A stretch of DNA of 64,000 bases, taken from NCBI GenBank assembly GCA_963796105.1, contig CAWCKJ010000003.1, positions 288,001 to 352,000 on the forward strand, read 5' to 3'. The first letter of the stretch is position 1. The number at the start of each line of letters is the position of its first letter. Origin of the DNA: a candidate division FCPU426 bacterium (GTDB taxonomy: Bacteria > Oederibacteriota > Muellerivitia > Muellerivitales > Muellerivitaceae). The position numbers and the translations under genes were made by a program. The notes under the pieces are model-generated. The model worked only from the letters and a program-made list of their open reading frames with translations, made no database searches and was not told where the DNA came from. Of the stretch, positions 39,984 through 50,185 are shown in pieces.

Positions 39984-40414
39984 ACCAACTTTTCCTGATT
40001 GACAGTTCAGCGTGGATTTTCGCATTAGGTCCACGACCTGTGGAGGCTATACGTGAAAGGGTTGAAAAGTTAGTGAAAAACAACCTTGCGGCTATTACCT
40101 CGCCGATATTCTTCGAACTTGTTTCCTCTGAAAAAAACCAAACTCATTCGGCCTTATTAGCGGCCCATTTATCGGCGCTTCACCCTTTCCCCTTATTGCC
40201 CCAGGAATGGGCAGAGGCTGCCGAGTGGACGAGGGCACATCGTCAAAAGGGTCATAAATTAAAAACTATTGATGCATTGATTGCCTATAAATCGCTCAAA
40301 CACAATCTGACCCTAGTTCACGCCGACGCGGATATGGATAGAATTGCCGACCATACCAAATTGAATGTTGAAAGCTATGTTCGGCATGTTCGCTCAGTTC
40401 ACGGAAGCAATTAA
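39980..40414 (+). CDS. vapC: VapC PIN-domain toxin
   Basis: LIDSSAWI, conserved E, TIDALIA, LVHADADM. Confidence 0.88.
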   Translation: MNQLFLIDSSAWIFALGPRPVEAIRERVEKLVKNNLAAITSPIFFELVSSEKNQTHSALLAAHLSALHPFPLLPQEWAEAAEWTRAHRQKGHKLKTIDALIAYKSLKHNLTLVHADADMDRIADHTKLNVESYVRHVRSVHGSN

Positions 40415-40435
40415 ATTTGATGATGGGAGTTGTGA

Positions 40436-40669
40436 ATGCGCGCAACTATTAATATCGAAAAAGGTGTGATGGAAAATCTGATGAAATATACAAAATCCAA
40501 GACCCGCGCCGAAGCGGTCAATCGCGCTTTGACGGATTGGGTCCAGCATCTAAAACTCATGAAACTGCGAGCTCTTCGTGGAAAGCTTCATTTAGAAAAC
40601 AATTGGAAAATGCTCCGTTCCCTTGAAAAGCGGGAATTTCGATCAACATTTGCCCAACGTCCTCGTTGA
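40436..40669 (+). CDS. second VapB-type antitoxin
   Basis: MRATINIE...KTRAEAVNRAL...LRALRGKLHL. Confidence 0.75.
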   Translation: MRATINIEKGVMENLMKYTKSKTRAEAVNRALTDWVQHLKLMKLRALRGKLHLENNWKMLRSLEKREFRSTFAQRPR

Positions 40670-40688
40670 TAGTTCCGTTTCGGAATAG
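40650..40688 (+). pseudogene. N-terminal stub of a second VapC
   Basis: TTG start, MPNVLVDSSVSE*, matching the PIN xLxDSS motif and overlapping the antitoxin end. Confidence 0.55.
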
Positions 40689-40719
40689 TCTTTCCGGGGA
40701 AACCTAAATCCATCATTAC

Positions 40720-40759
40720 AAAAAAAATCCCCCATGCCTCTTACGAAGCATGGGGGATT
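40720..40759 (-). terminator. intrinsic terminator, near-twin of 21641-21681
   Basis: A8-TCCCCCATGC...GCATGGGGGATT. Confidence 0.75.
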
Positions 40760-40779
40760 GAGAATTTTTAAAATTGATA

Positions 40780-41812
40780 CTACTTGATGTCAGCAACACC
40801 CCACATAGCAGGATTGTCCCAGGCGTCAACGGTGGCGTTCCAGAAGATACTTCTTTTCCCTCGAGCCCGCCTCGCTGGCCTTGGCCAAGCCCGCGTCAAA
40901 ATTAATGGATTTCCCGGCGGCCCAGTCGTTTTCCGGCAGGTTGGCTAAGGGGATGATACCGGTCATGATATATCCCTTGGCGGTCGGGGTGGCCTCGATT
41001 TTCCCGCCTTTCAACACGGAACCGATTGGGAAAACCCGGATAACCGGTTTGCCTGAGTCGCTTGAGGGGGCCAGGACAAACTGGAAGTCGTAATCCGACT
41101 TCTTCATGCGGCTGGTCTTAAGCATGGTCGATTTCGCGCAGAAGTAGAGTTCCAGGCAGTCCGCGTTCCAGCAATTGTCGAAATTCTGCTTGTTGACCGG
41201 GCCGCGGCCCTGGGTCACTTCACAGGCGATATAGATATTTTTCAGGTCCGTGGCGAGCCTTAAATCAGCCGAAAGGTCGGCGGCGCCAGTGACTCTGCCG
41301 ATGCAGATATGGTCCTTGTTGGCCGGTGAAATTTTGATTGAAGGAACAGCGGCAAAGGGCGTCATCCCCGAGTCAATGGCAATGGGGGCATCCACTTTCT
41401 TGATTACGGCCGGCCCTGTGGCTTCTGGTGCGGCTTTCTTAGCCTTTTTTGCCCTCTTAACAGCCTTGTGCTTTACCGGGGCTGGTGTCGCGACGGCAAC
41501 GGCAGGAGCCACGGCGGCTGGAGCAGCAGCGGCTGGAGCAGCAGCGGCTGGTGCGGCGGCAGGCTGGGCGGCTGCGGCAGGTTGAGCGGCTGCTGCAGGC
41601 GCAGCGGCAGCAGGATTAGTCGCTGGTATGACTGGCGGTTTTAATCCCTCTTCAATTGGGGGAGGCCCCGCTGGAGCGGCTGTATTCGCGACAGGCGCGA
41701 CAGCGGCCGGTGTCGTAGCGGCGGCCGGCGCGGCAGCGTTAGTCTGGGCCATTACTAACCCATAACTTCCAACAAATAGAACACTTAGCAACATCATCAT
41801 AAAGCGCTTCAT
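40780..41812 (-). CDS. secreted Ala/Pro-rich protein with CBM9-like sugar-binding domain, apparent +1 frameshift near 40850
   Basis: signal peptide; AAAP linker; DLSA..RL..D.KNIYI..EV, W.ADCLELY, GY..TG.IPL; shifted frame continues IFWNATVDAWDNPAMWGVADIK*. Confidence 0.7.
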
Positions 41813-42211
41813 CCAAAGCCTCCTTATAGGTACATAATTCTAAACTTCAAGAGCCGAGGTTCGTTTGATGCTTGAGGCCTGGGCCTTGAGCGAAAACATT
41901 GTATTCGGGGGAGGGGATTAGGGCAAATTATTTGGAAAAGGATTGAGGGTTATATTAAATTTGGGTAAATCATAAATACAGTTTTCACCACAGGGACTCA
42001 GAGACACAGTAAAAAGCTAATTTTTCCTAAAAAATAAACCCAACTGAACCGGGAGACACAGAGCACAGATTTCATTAAATTCCTGGACTTGGCGGTGCGA
42101 ATCAATGTTAACTTAGCACAAGGGTTTTAATTTGGACTTAATTGAACCGAATTCACACGAATCCAGAAAAATCAGTTAAAATGCGTCGGAAATTGATCGA
42201 AAGAGGTATTC

Positions 42212-42448
42212 ATGCCAGCACCATCGTCGTTTGAGGATTCACTCTCGAAATTGGAAAACATCGTCTCGAAAATGGAGTCGGGGGACCTCAAATTGGAGGA
42301 TTCCTTGAAGCTGTTCGAGGACGGCATGAAACTCACCAAGGAATGCAACCAGCGTTTGAACGAGATTGAGAAAAAAGTAAAAAACCTCCTGAAAACCACC
42401 CAAGCCAAAACAGGCGAAGGCGGATCTAGCCGCGGGTCCAAGGCCTGA
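42212..42448 (+). CDS. xseB: exodeoxyribonuclease VII small subunit
   Basis: SFEDSLSKLENIV.KMESGDL.LEDSL.LFEDG. Confidence 0.95.
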   Translation: MPAPSSFEDSLSKLENIVSKMESGDLKLEDSLKLFEDGMKLTKECNQRLNEIEKKVKNLLKTTQAKTGEGGSSRGSKA

Positions 42449-42453
42449 GACCC

Positions 42454-43350
42454 ATGCCCTTTTCAATCCAAGCCTATCTTGGGAAAAAACGGGATGTCGT
42501 TGACGCTGGCCTGAAAAAAGTTTTCCAAAATTCCGGCAATTGCCCTCCTACCCTTTGGCAAAGCATGAAATACAGTGTTTTCGCCGGGGGAAAAAGACTT
42601 CGTCCCATCCTGTGCCTTGCCAGCGCCGAGGCCCTGGGCCTTCCACAAAATGAAGCCTTACGGATCGGCTGCGCCCTGGAACTCATCCACACCTACAGCC
42701 TCATCCATGACGACCTCCCGGCGTTGGATGACGATGATTACCGCAGGGGCCGTAAAACCAACCACAAGGTCTTCGGGGAAGCCATGGCCATTTTGGCGGG
42801 GGACGGGCTCCTCACCCTGGCCTTTGGATGGGCGTCAAATCCAAACGCTTATTCGCCTCTCCGGAGGAAAAATTTGCCCCAGGTTACGGCTGAACTTGCC
42901 AAAGCCGCTGGCTATCCAGGGATGGTGGGTGGCCAGGTGGATGATGTCCTGTCCGAAAGAAAAAAACCAAATCTCACCAAGGTCCTTTCTATTCACAGCC
43001 GGAAAACCGGCGCCCTTCTTTCGGCCAGCGTCAACCTTCCTGCCATCCTGATTGGCGCTTCCACCCGGAAATTCCAAGCCCTAAACGTTTACGGCCGATG
43101 CGCAGGACTGGCTTTCCAAATCGTGGATGATATCTTGAACGAAACTGGAAACAGCGGCCAAATGGGCAAGAAAGCGGGAAGCGACCGCGAACGTGGAAAA
43201 ATGACCTATCCCGCTGTGATGGGTATCGAGAAATCTAAAAAAGAAGTCTTGAGGTTGACGAAGCGGGCTGTGGAAGGCCTCCGGGTATTCGGGACCAAGG
43301 CGGAACCCCTAACGTCGCTGGCCCTATACATGGCCGAAAGGACAATGTAA
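42454..43350 (+). CDS. ispA: farnesyl/geranylgeranyl diphosphate synthase
   Basis: GGKRLRP, HDDLPALDDDDYRRG, GGQ..D, FQIVDD. Confidence 0.93.
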   Translation: MPFSIQAYLGKKRDVVDAGLKKVFQNSGNCPPTLWQSMKYSVFAGGKRLRPILCLASAEALGLPQNEALRIGCALELIHTYSLIHDDLPALDDDDYRRGRKTNHKVFGEAMAILAGDGLLTLAFGWASNPNAYSPLRRKNLPQVTAELAKAAGYPGMVGGQVDDVLSERKKPNLTKVLSIHSRKTGALLSASVNLPAILIGASTRKFQALNVYGRCAGLAFQIVDDILNETGNSGQMGKKAGSDRERGKMTYPAVMGIEKSKKEVLRLTKRAVEGLRVFGTKAEPLTSLALYMAERTM

Positions 43351-43352
43351 AC

Positions 43353-43796
43353 ATGAACCCGGTGACGCAAATCCTCACGGCCAAGATTTTCTGGATTCCC
43401 GCCCTGGCGTGGTTCGTGGCCCAAAGCTGCAAAGTTTTATTTTATTTTTACCGCCATCACAGGATTAACTTTAAGCTTTTCGTGGGCTCTGGCGGAATGC
43501 CCAGTTCCCATTCCGCGTTGGTGGCCTGCCTGGCCACGACCATCGGTTTGCAATGCGGCTGGAACTCGCCGGTTTTCCTCTTGGCGATGGGCATCTCTTT
43601 CGTCATCATGGCGGACGCGGCGGGGGTGCGCAGGGCGGCGGGCCAGCAGGCCAAGATCCTGAACGAAATCATGGATGACATGAACAACTCCAAACCCTTC
43701 CCGCACATGCGGTTGAAGGAATTCTTGGGCCACACCCCTTTCGAGGTTATTATTGGGGCCTTAATGGGATTATTATTTGCGATCGTCTTTTATTGA
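43353..43796 (+). CDS. divergent PAP2 family (DUF212) membrane protein
   Basis: SGGMPSSHSA, DAAGVRR.AG.QA, LGHTP.EV. Confidence 0.92.
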   Translation: MNPVTQILTAKIFWIPALAWFVAQSCKVLFYFYRHHRINFKLFVGSGGMPSSHSALVACLATTIGLQCGWNSPVFLLAMGISFVIMADAAGVRRAAGQQAKILNEIMDDMNNSKPFPHMRLKEFLGHTPFEVIIGALMGLLFAIVFY

Positions 43797-43880
43797 GCGC
43801 CATAGGCGTCCAAGATAAACAAAATCCAAGAAACAAAGATAAATGAAATCAGGAATTTTGAATTCTAAACGACTTTAAAC

Positions 43881-44132
43881 AAAAACAAGTCCTTCGCCAC
43901 GGATTCAGGGGATGCAGGGGGATGGCCAAGAAAATGGATTTTGTATAAAAAGTTTAACGATCGTGTTCTATGGCTCAGCCGTCGGCCGATGGAAAAATTT
44001 ATTTTTCCACGGTCCGCTGGCAGGGCCATAACGCCCATCGGGCGCAAAGGCAAAGCCTTTGTCACGATCTAGACATGTTGAATCCCATGAATCCCATGCA
44101 TCTGTGGCTAGAGATTTTTCCAGACATGTGTG
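43881..44132 (+). repeat. palindromic mini-element copy 3 (shell + module B; module A site empty)
   Basis: GCCACGGATTCAGGGGATGCAGGGG ... ATCCCATGAATCCCATGCATCTGTGGC. Confidence 0.85.
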
Positions 44133-44266
44133 ATTGAGCGAAATAAGGTTAAAAAAGCCCTATTTCATTCCTATCTCGGTAAAAGTTAATTTTTGAGTTT
44201 TTTGGGGAATGACAAACTTGTAAAACAGCGTTTTAATCTTTAAGGATTTTTAGTACTGGGAGAAAC

Positions 44267-46183
44267 ATGTACGAGTACCTGGACAAAATCGAAAGCCCGG
44301 CCCATTTAAGGGCTCTGCCTCCGGAGGTTCTTCCGAAGGTCGCGGCGGAATTGCGGGATTTCCTCATCACTTCCGTTTCCAAGACCGGGGGACACCTGGG
44401 CGCCTCCTTAGGGGCGGTCGAATTGACCCTCGCCTTGCACTACGTTTATGACACGCCCCAAGACCGGATCGTTTGGGACGTGGGCCACCAAGCCTACGGG
44501 CATAAGGCCCTGACGGGCCGCAGGGAACGCTTCGCCACCCTGAGGCAGGCCAACGGCCTGGGCGGATTCCCCAAACGCTCCGAGAGCGAATACGATACCT
44601 TTACCGTCGGCCATGCGGGCACCGCCTTGTCGGCGGCTTTCGGCATGGCGTTAGCCCGCACGATCCAGAAACAAAACTTCCACGTTGTGGCGGTAGTAGG
44701 CGACGCCGGCATCTCCAATGGCCTTTCCATGGAGGCGCTCAACAACATCGCGGACCACCCCGAACTGAACATGGCGGTGGTTTTGAACGACAACGAGATG
44801 TCCATCTCCCCGAACGTGGGAGCCATGTCGGCCTATTTGAACAAAATCCTGATCGGCAAATCCTTCAATGAGGCCAAGACCCGGCTGGAACACCTTTTGG
44901 ACCGGATTCCCAAGGTGGGACCCCAGGTTCTGCAGATGGCCCATCACGCCGAGGAGGCCTTGAAGGGTTTCATGACCCCCGGGACCCTTTTCGAGGAGTT
45001 GGGCCTGCGCTATTACGGGCCCATCGACGGTCACAACGTGCTGATGCTGGTTGAAATTTTCAAGCGCGTGAAGCAGTTGAAGGGGCCGGTTATGCTCCAC
45101 CTCGTCACCCAGAAGGGGAAGGGCTACGCCCCAGCCGAGGAAAATCCCGAGAAGTACCATGGAGTCACGGTGTTCGACAAGGAAACGGGAACCATGACCG
45201 TCCCGACCGTTCCCGGCGCGGCGCCGACCTACACCAAGGTTTTCGGGGATGCCATGATCGAGCTGGCCAAGGACCACCCAAAACTGGTCGGCATCACGGC
45301 CGCCATGCCCGACGGCACTGGACTCAAGAAATTCGGAGAATTGAACCCGACACGCTTCATGGACGTGGGAATCGCTGAAAGCCACGCGGTTTGCATGGCC
45401 GCCGGAATGGCCTGCGAGGGCCTCAAGCCCGTGGTGGCCATTTATTCCACCTTCCTCCAAAGGGCCTATGACCAGATCATCCACGACGTCTGCCTCCAGA
45501 AACTTCCGGTGGTTTTCGCCTTGGACCGCGGAGGTTTAGTGGGGGACGACGGGGAAACCCACCAAGGCGTCTATGATTTGTCCTATCTCCGCTGTGTGCC
45601 CAACCTGGTGGTCATGGCGCCATCGGATGAGAACGAGTTGAGGAACATGCTTTTTACAGCAATTAAACATGACGGCCCGATCGCACTGCGCTATCCCAGG
45701 GGCGCCGGGGAGGGGATTCCCATAATGCCCGGATTCCAAAAAATCGAAATCGGGAAGGGAACGATCCTCACGGAGGGAAGCCAATTCGCGATCCTTGCCA
45801 TCGGCAATATGGTGGGCGTCGCCAAGAAGGCGGCGGCCTTGTTGAAAAAAGAGGGTTCGGAAGGGACCGTGGCCAACATGAGGTTCGTGAAACCCTTGGA
45901 CGAGAAAATGATTATCTCCATCGCCTCCAAAACCAAAATCATTCTCACCCTTGAGGAAAATGTCCTGGCCGGGGGCTTTGGAAGCGCGGTCCTGGAATGC
46001 CTCCAAAATAATGGAATGACCGACTGCGCCGTGCTCCGGCTCGGCATTCCCGACAAGTTCATCGAGCAAGCCAAGCCCCAACAACAGAGGGAAAACTGCG
46101 ATTTGGAACCCTCCAAGGTCGCGAAAGCGGTGCGCCAGATGATGACGAACAAGTCCAAGTACATCCTTGGGGCCGTTTCTTAA
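44267..46183 (+). CDS. dxs: 1-deoxy-D-xylulose-5-phosphate synthase
   Basis: GGHLG, WDVGHQAY, NDNEMSIS, GPIDGH, DVGIAE, YSTFLQRAYDQ. Confidence 0.97.
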   Translation: MYEYLDKIESPAHLRALPPEVLPKVAAELRDFLITSVSKTGGHLGASLGAVELTLALHYVYDTPQDRIVWDVGHQAYGHKALTGRRERFATLRQANGLGGFPKRSESEYDTFTVGHAGTALSAAFGMALARTIQKQNFHVVAVVGDAGISNGLSMEALNNIADHPELNMAVVLNDNEMSISPNVGAMSAYLNKILIGKSFNEAKTRLEHLLDRIPKVGPQVLQMAHHAEEALKGFMTPGTLFEELGLRYYGPIDGHNVLMLVEIFKRVKQLKGPVMLHLVTQKGKGYAPAEENPEKYHGVTVFDKETGTMTVPTVPGAAPTYTKVFGDAMIELAKDHPKLVGITAAMPDGTGLKKFGELNPTRFMDVGIAESHAVCMAAGMACEGLKPVVAIYSTFLQRAYDQIIHDVCLQKLPVVFALDRGGLVGDDGETHQGVYDLSYLRCVPNLVVMAPSDENELRNMLFTAIKHDGPIALRYPRGAGEGIPIMPGFQKIEIGKGTILTEGSQFAILAIGNMVGVAKKAAALLKKEGSEGTVANMRFVKPLDEKMIISIASKTKIILTLEENVLAGGFGSAVLECLQNNGMTDCAVLRLGIPDKFIEQAKPQQQRENCDLEPSKVAKAVRQMMTNKSKYILGAVS

Positions 46184-46184
46184 C

Positions 46185-47186
46185 ATGCCCTTTTGGACAC
46201 CCCGGATCCGTTTGTTTCTCATAGCAGATGGCATTCTCATATTAGCCCTGGCCGTGATTTACAGTGCCTCCAGTTCCCCCCAGATCCAAACCAAGAAAAA
46301 CTTGAGCGAGCGGATCTTCGTCACACCCGAAGTTGGGGAAGCCACCACCGGGGCCCAGCCTGAAAGGGAAACACTCCAGCCGCCAGCCGTCCCCCTGAAA
46401 ATCGGCGACCTCGGCGCCATCCTTCTCAACCGCCTTCGTTCCACCAGCGTCACGGTCTCCGTCCACGCGGTGGAGCTTGGGGAGAATTACTGGTCCATCG
46501 CCAGCGACAATGACATCGATATTTACACCTTGATCGGCGCCAATCCCGACCTGCCGTTCCGGGCCGCCATGGGTCACCCGGTTAATATCCTCTCCCAGCG
46601 CGGTGTTTTGCACAGCGTTGAGAAGGACGAGACCATCAAGTCCATCAGCGCGCTTTACAAATGCAACGAGAAATTACTGGCTTCAGAAAATCACCTGACC
46701 TGGTGGCATGGCTTGCGCGCAGGGGACGTGCTTTACATTCCCAATGTGAAACCTATCCGCATGACCGAGGAATGGCGCAATTATTTCAGCAAGAGGGGCA
46801 TCTTCGGCATACCTTTCGCGAGCTGGGGCAAGGGCTGGACGTCCGGTTTCGGCTGGAGGAAAGACCCTATTACTGGGGAACGAAAAATCCACAAGGGCGT
46901 CGATTTCAAGGCCCATTATGGCGAGTCTGTTTACGCGGCCGGTACCGGAACCGTCATCTTCGCCGGTGTGGCGGGCGGTTACGGGAACCTCATCAAGATC
47001 AAGCATCCCAACGGCTATATCACCATGTATGGCCATCTTTCAAAAATCCTGGTCAAGGGCGGCCATCATGTCCGCAGGGGAGAAATCATTGGAAAAGTTG
47101 GCGCTACGGGGCGGGTGACAGGCCCGCACCTGCATTTTGAGATCCGCAAGAACGGGAAGGCCATCGATCCCCTGCAGATGATTTAA
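46185..47186 (+). CDS. LysM domain M23 family metallopeptidase
   Basis: N-terminal TM; two LysM-like segments; HKGVD, YGHL, TGPHLHFE. Confidence 0.92.
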   Translation: MPFWTPRIRLFLIADGILILALAVIYSASSSPQIQTKKNLSERIFVTPEVGEATTGAQPERETLQPPAVPLKIGDLGAILLNRLRSTSVTVSVHAVELGENYWSIASDNDIDIYTLIGANPDLPFRAAMGHPVNILSQRGVLHSVEKDETIKSISALYKCNEKLLASENHLTWWHGLRAGDVLYIPNVKPIRMTEEWRNYFSKRGIFGIPFASWGKGWTSGFGWRKDPITGERKIHKGVDFKAHYGESVYAAGTGTVIFAGVAGGYGNLIKIKHPNGYITMYGHLSKILVKGGHHVRRGEIIGKVGATGRVTGPHLHFEIRKNGKAIDPLQMI

Positions 47187-47360
47187 CGAAACTGGAATTC
47201 CGGATATAGTTGATTGGATAACAAGGAAATCTCCTGTTTTTAAACAAGTTTTGCTTTATCGAAAAGACCGTTGTTTCTAGTGTTTATAACCAAACCTAGG
47301 TCATATTGACTCTGGCGTGGTTTCGGCATACTTATACTTTCTCATTTTTTTGGAGGGATC

Positions 47361-47609
47361 ATGGCCAAGCGCAAGGGGCGCGTGAAGGTTGACGCAAACC
47401 GCTGCAAGGCTTGCGGCCTCTGTGTTTTATACTGCCCCAAGGATTGCCTTGAAGCGTCGGAAAGCTTGAACGCCCTCGGCTTCGTTCCCATGCGGTTCAA
47501 TGATTCCTCGGAATGCACCGCGTGCGGCAACTGCGCCTTGATGTGCCCCGACATGGCCATCCAGGTCTGGATTATGGACGAACCCGCCGCTGTCGAGGCC
47601 CGCAAGTGA
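47361..47609 (+). CDS. 2x[4Fe-4S] ferredoxin, 2-oxoacid:ferredoxin oxidoreductase delta subunit
   Basis: CKACGLC...CP and CTACGNC...CP. Confidence 0.92.
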   Translation: MAKRKGRVKVDANRCKACGLCVLYCPKDCLEASESLNALGFVPMRFNDSSECTACGNCALMCPDMAIQVWIMDEPAAVEARK

Positions 47610-48667
47610 CCCTCACTTTGTGCAAAGGCAACGAGGTGATCACCGAGGCGGCCATCGCGGCAGGCTGCCGTTTTTACGCCGGTTATCCCATCACCCCCCA
47701 GAACGAGATCACGACTTCCATGGCCCGCCGGATGCCCGAGGCTGGCGGAACTTTTATCCAGGCCGAAAGCGAGCTCGCCTCGATCAATTTGTGCTTCGGC
47801 GCCTCAGTGGCGGGAGCCCGCGCCATGACCTCCACGTCCTCCCCTGGGTTCAGCCTGATGCAGGAGGCGGTTTCCTACCTGGCTGCCTGCGAGATTCCCT
47901 GCGTTCTGGTGAACATCATGAGGGGCGGTCCCGGGCTTGGCAACATCCAGCCTTCCCAGGCCGATTACTTCCAAGCGGTGAAGGGAGGAGGCCACGGCGA
48001 TTACCGGAACCTGGTCCTGGCCCCAGCCACTGTGGAAGAAGCCTACGCCTTCACCCAATTGGCTTTCGAGCTCTCCGACAAGTACCGGAATCCCGTCGTC
48101 CTGCTGGCAGACGGTCTGCTGGGCCAGCTCATGGAACCGGTGAACCTTGCCCAAGAAACCCAGCAGGTCCTCCCCAAACGTTCCTGGATATTGGACGGCG
48201 CAAAGGGGCGCAAGCCCCGCCTCATCCGTTCGCTTCTCATGGTGGAAGGGGAACTTGAGAAACACAACTACCACCTGGCGGAAAAATACCGCTCCATGGA
48301 AAAGGAAGCGCGTTGGGAGTTGGACCAGCAGGAGAAGGCCCAATTGCTGGTTGTGGCCTATGGTTCCTCCTCCCGGTCCGCGAAAGCCGCGGTACGGGAG
48401 GCGCGGGGTAAGGGTATGAAGGTTGACTTGCTGCGGCCCCAGACCCTTTGGCCTTTCCCGACCGGGGCCGTCCGTAAGGCCGCGAAACGCGCGGGCCGGG
48501 TACTGGTGGTTGAAATGAGCCTGGGCCAGATGGTGGAAGACGTGCGTCTAGCGGTGGAAGGAGCGGTACCAGTGGAATTTTTCGGAAGGCCTGGCGGGGC
48601 CTTGCCCACCCCGGGCGAAATCCTGGCGGTTATGGAACGCAACCCCGGCATGAAGGTCAAACCATGA
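47606..48667 (+). CDS. 2-oxoacid:ferredoxin oxidoreductase alpha subunit (VorB/KorA type)
   Basis: GYPITPQNE, QAESE, TSSPGFSL, RGGPGLG, GGGHGDY; GTG start overlaps the delta stop. Confidence 0.92.
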   Translation: MTLTLCKGNEVITEAAIAAGCRFYAGYPITPQNEITTSMARRMPEAGGTFIQAESELASINLCFGASVAGARAMTSTSSPGFSLMQEAVSYLAACEIPCVLVNIMRGGPGLGNIQPSQADYFQAVKGGGHGDYRNLVLAPATVEEAYAFTQLAFELSDKYRNPVVLLADGLLGQLMEPVNLAQETQQVLPKRSWILDGAKGRKPRLIRSLLMVEGELEKHNYHLAEKYRSMEKEARWELDQQEKAQLLVVAYGSSSRSAKAAVREARGKGMKVDLLRPQTLWPFPTGAVRKAAKRAGRVLVVEMSLGQMVEDVRLAVEGAVPVEFFGRPGGALPTPGEILAVMERNPGMKVKP

Positions 48668-49398
48668 AACTGGCCAATCCTCACCCGGAATCCCTCAAGG
48701 AAAATCCCTATTCCTATTGCGCAGGTTGCGGCCACGGATTGGCTCACCGGCTGGTGGCTGAGGTTTTGGATGAACTGGATGTTCGGGAGAAAACCGTGGG
48801 TGTCGCGCCGGTCGGCTGCGCGGTTTTCGCCTACGATTACTGGAATTTCGACGTGACAGAGGCGCCCCATGGCCGCACCCCTTGCGTGGCGGCCGGAATC
48901 AAGCGGGTCCTGCCTGACCGGGTAGTGTTCAGCTACCAGGGGGACGGGGACCTAGCCTCCATCGGCATGGGTGAAATTGTGCATACCGCCAACCGGGGTG
49001 AAAACATCACGGTGGTCTTCATCAACAACGCCAATTACGGTATGACAGGCGGACAAATGGCTCCTACCACGCCCCTGGGCATGAAGACCACAACTACGCC
49101 CATGGGGCGCTCGGCAGTGGACGGGCATCCGTTCCGGATACCGGAACTCTTGAACGCCTTGGATCTTCCCGTGTACCTGGACCGCCAGTCACTTCACGAC
49201 CCGGCGCACGTTCGAAAAGCCAAGGCCTCCTTGAAAAAGGCGTTCCAACTCCAAATTCAAGGCAAGGGCTTCACCCTGGTTGAACTACTGTCATCCTGCC
49301 CATCCAACTGGGGCATGACAACCGCGGACGCCATGAAATGGGTGGGCGAGCAGATGGTGAAAACGTTCCCGCTGGGAGTGGTGAGAGATAAATCTTAA
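48664..49398 (+). CDS. 2-oxoacid:ferredoxin oxidoreductase beta subunit (TPP-binding)
   Basis: YCAGCGHG, HGR, GDGD...NNANYGMTGGQ, CP. Confidence 0.93.
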   Translation: MKLANPHPESLKENPYSYCAGCGHGLAHRLVAEVLDELDVREKTVGVAPVGCAVFAYDYWNFDVTEAPHGRTPCVAAGIKRVLPDRVVFSYQGDGDLASIGMGEIVHTANRGENITVVFINNANYGMTGGQMAPTTPLGMKTTTTPMGRSAVDGHPFRIPELLNALDLPVYLDRQSLHDPAHVRKAKASLKKAFQLQIQGKGFTLVELLSSCPSNWGMTTADAMKWVGEQMVKTFPLGVVRDKS

Positions 49399-49435
49399 AT
49401 TCGCGGATGACGCATTGAAGTTGGAGGGTTGGTTT

Positions 49436-50008
49436 ATGCGGGAAGAATTCCATTTCCGGGGTTCGGGTGGGCAGGGCATCCTGCTGATGGGGCTTGTGCT
49501 GGCTCATTCGGCCATGAAGGATGGCCTGCACGTGTCATGGATCCCCTCCTACGGCGCCGAGCGCCGGGGCGGGACCTCCTTCTGCGCGGTTACGGTTTCG
49601 GATCAACCCGTGGATTGCCCGCTGACGGACCAACCTACGTTGCTTTTCGCCATGGACCAACGAGCGGCCCATACCTACGCTACATCCCTGCGGCCGGACG
49701 CAGTTTTGGTTTATAACTCCACAATGGTTTCCGATCCGCCCGAGGGGGCTTTCAAGGCTTACGGAGTGGAAGCCTCACGCCTAGCTTCCGATGCCAAACT
49801 GTCCCAAGCGGCAAACATGGTGGGCCTGGGAGCGGTTCTGGCGGTCAAGCCCGTGGTCAAGCTATCCTCGGTGGCCATGGCCCTGCCAGAGGCGCTGGGC
49901 GCCCGCAAGAGCCACTTGGCGCCGGCCAATTTCCAGGTGCTGGAGGCAGGATTCAAATCCGTCCGCCCCTATCCCCAGCGGGACGCTAATCGCGCAAAGA
50001 CCCTTTAA
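49436..50008 (+). CDS. 2-oxoacid:ferredoxin oxidoreductase gamma subunit
   Basis: GSGGQG, PSYGAERRGG, ANMVGLGA. Confidence 0.92.
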   Translation: MREEFHFRGSGGQGILLMGLVLAHSAMKDGLHVSWIPSYGAERRGGTSFCAVTVSDQPVDCPLTDQPTLLFAMDQRAAHTYATSLRPDAVLVYNSTMVSDPPEGAFKAYGVEASRLASDAKLSQAANMVGLGAVLAVKPVVKLSSVAMALPEALGARKSHLAPANFQVLEAGFKSVRPYPQRDANRAKTL

Positions 50009-50185
50009 CAATCGAAAGAAAATTCCCTGAGGGTATTGATTTCAAGACCCATTAACCCGAGGCTGTATGCGCGGCAAGCACCGAAAATGTCCTGTTTTCG
50101 GAAGTCTCCGGGGGCAAGGGAACCCCATCCAGGTCAAGCTTCCCAACAGCTTTTCACACATTCACTAAGATAAGGTCATTGAACA

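Noticed and set aside
50010..50185. riboswitch or 6S-like RNA upstream of the Ior gene
   Set aside because: Only a short hairpin (CCGAAAA...TTTTCGG) is evident and no family consensus was recognised; a covariance search would be needed.
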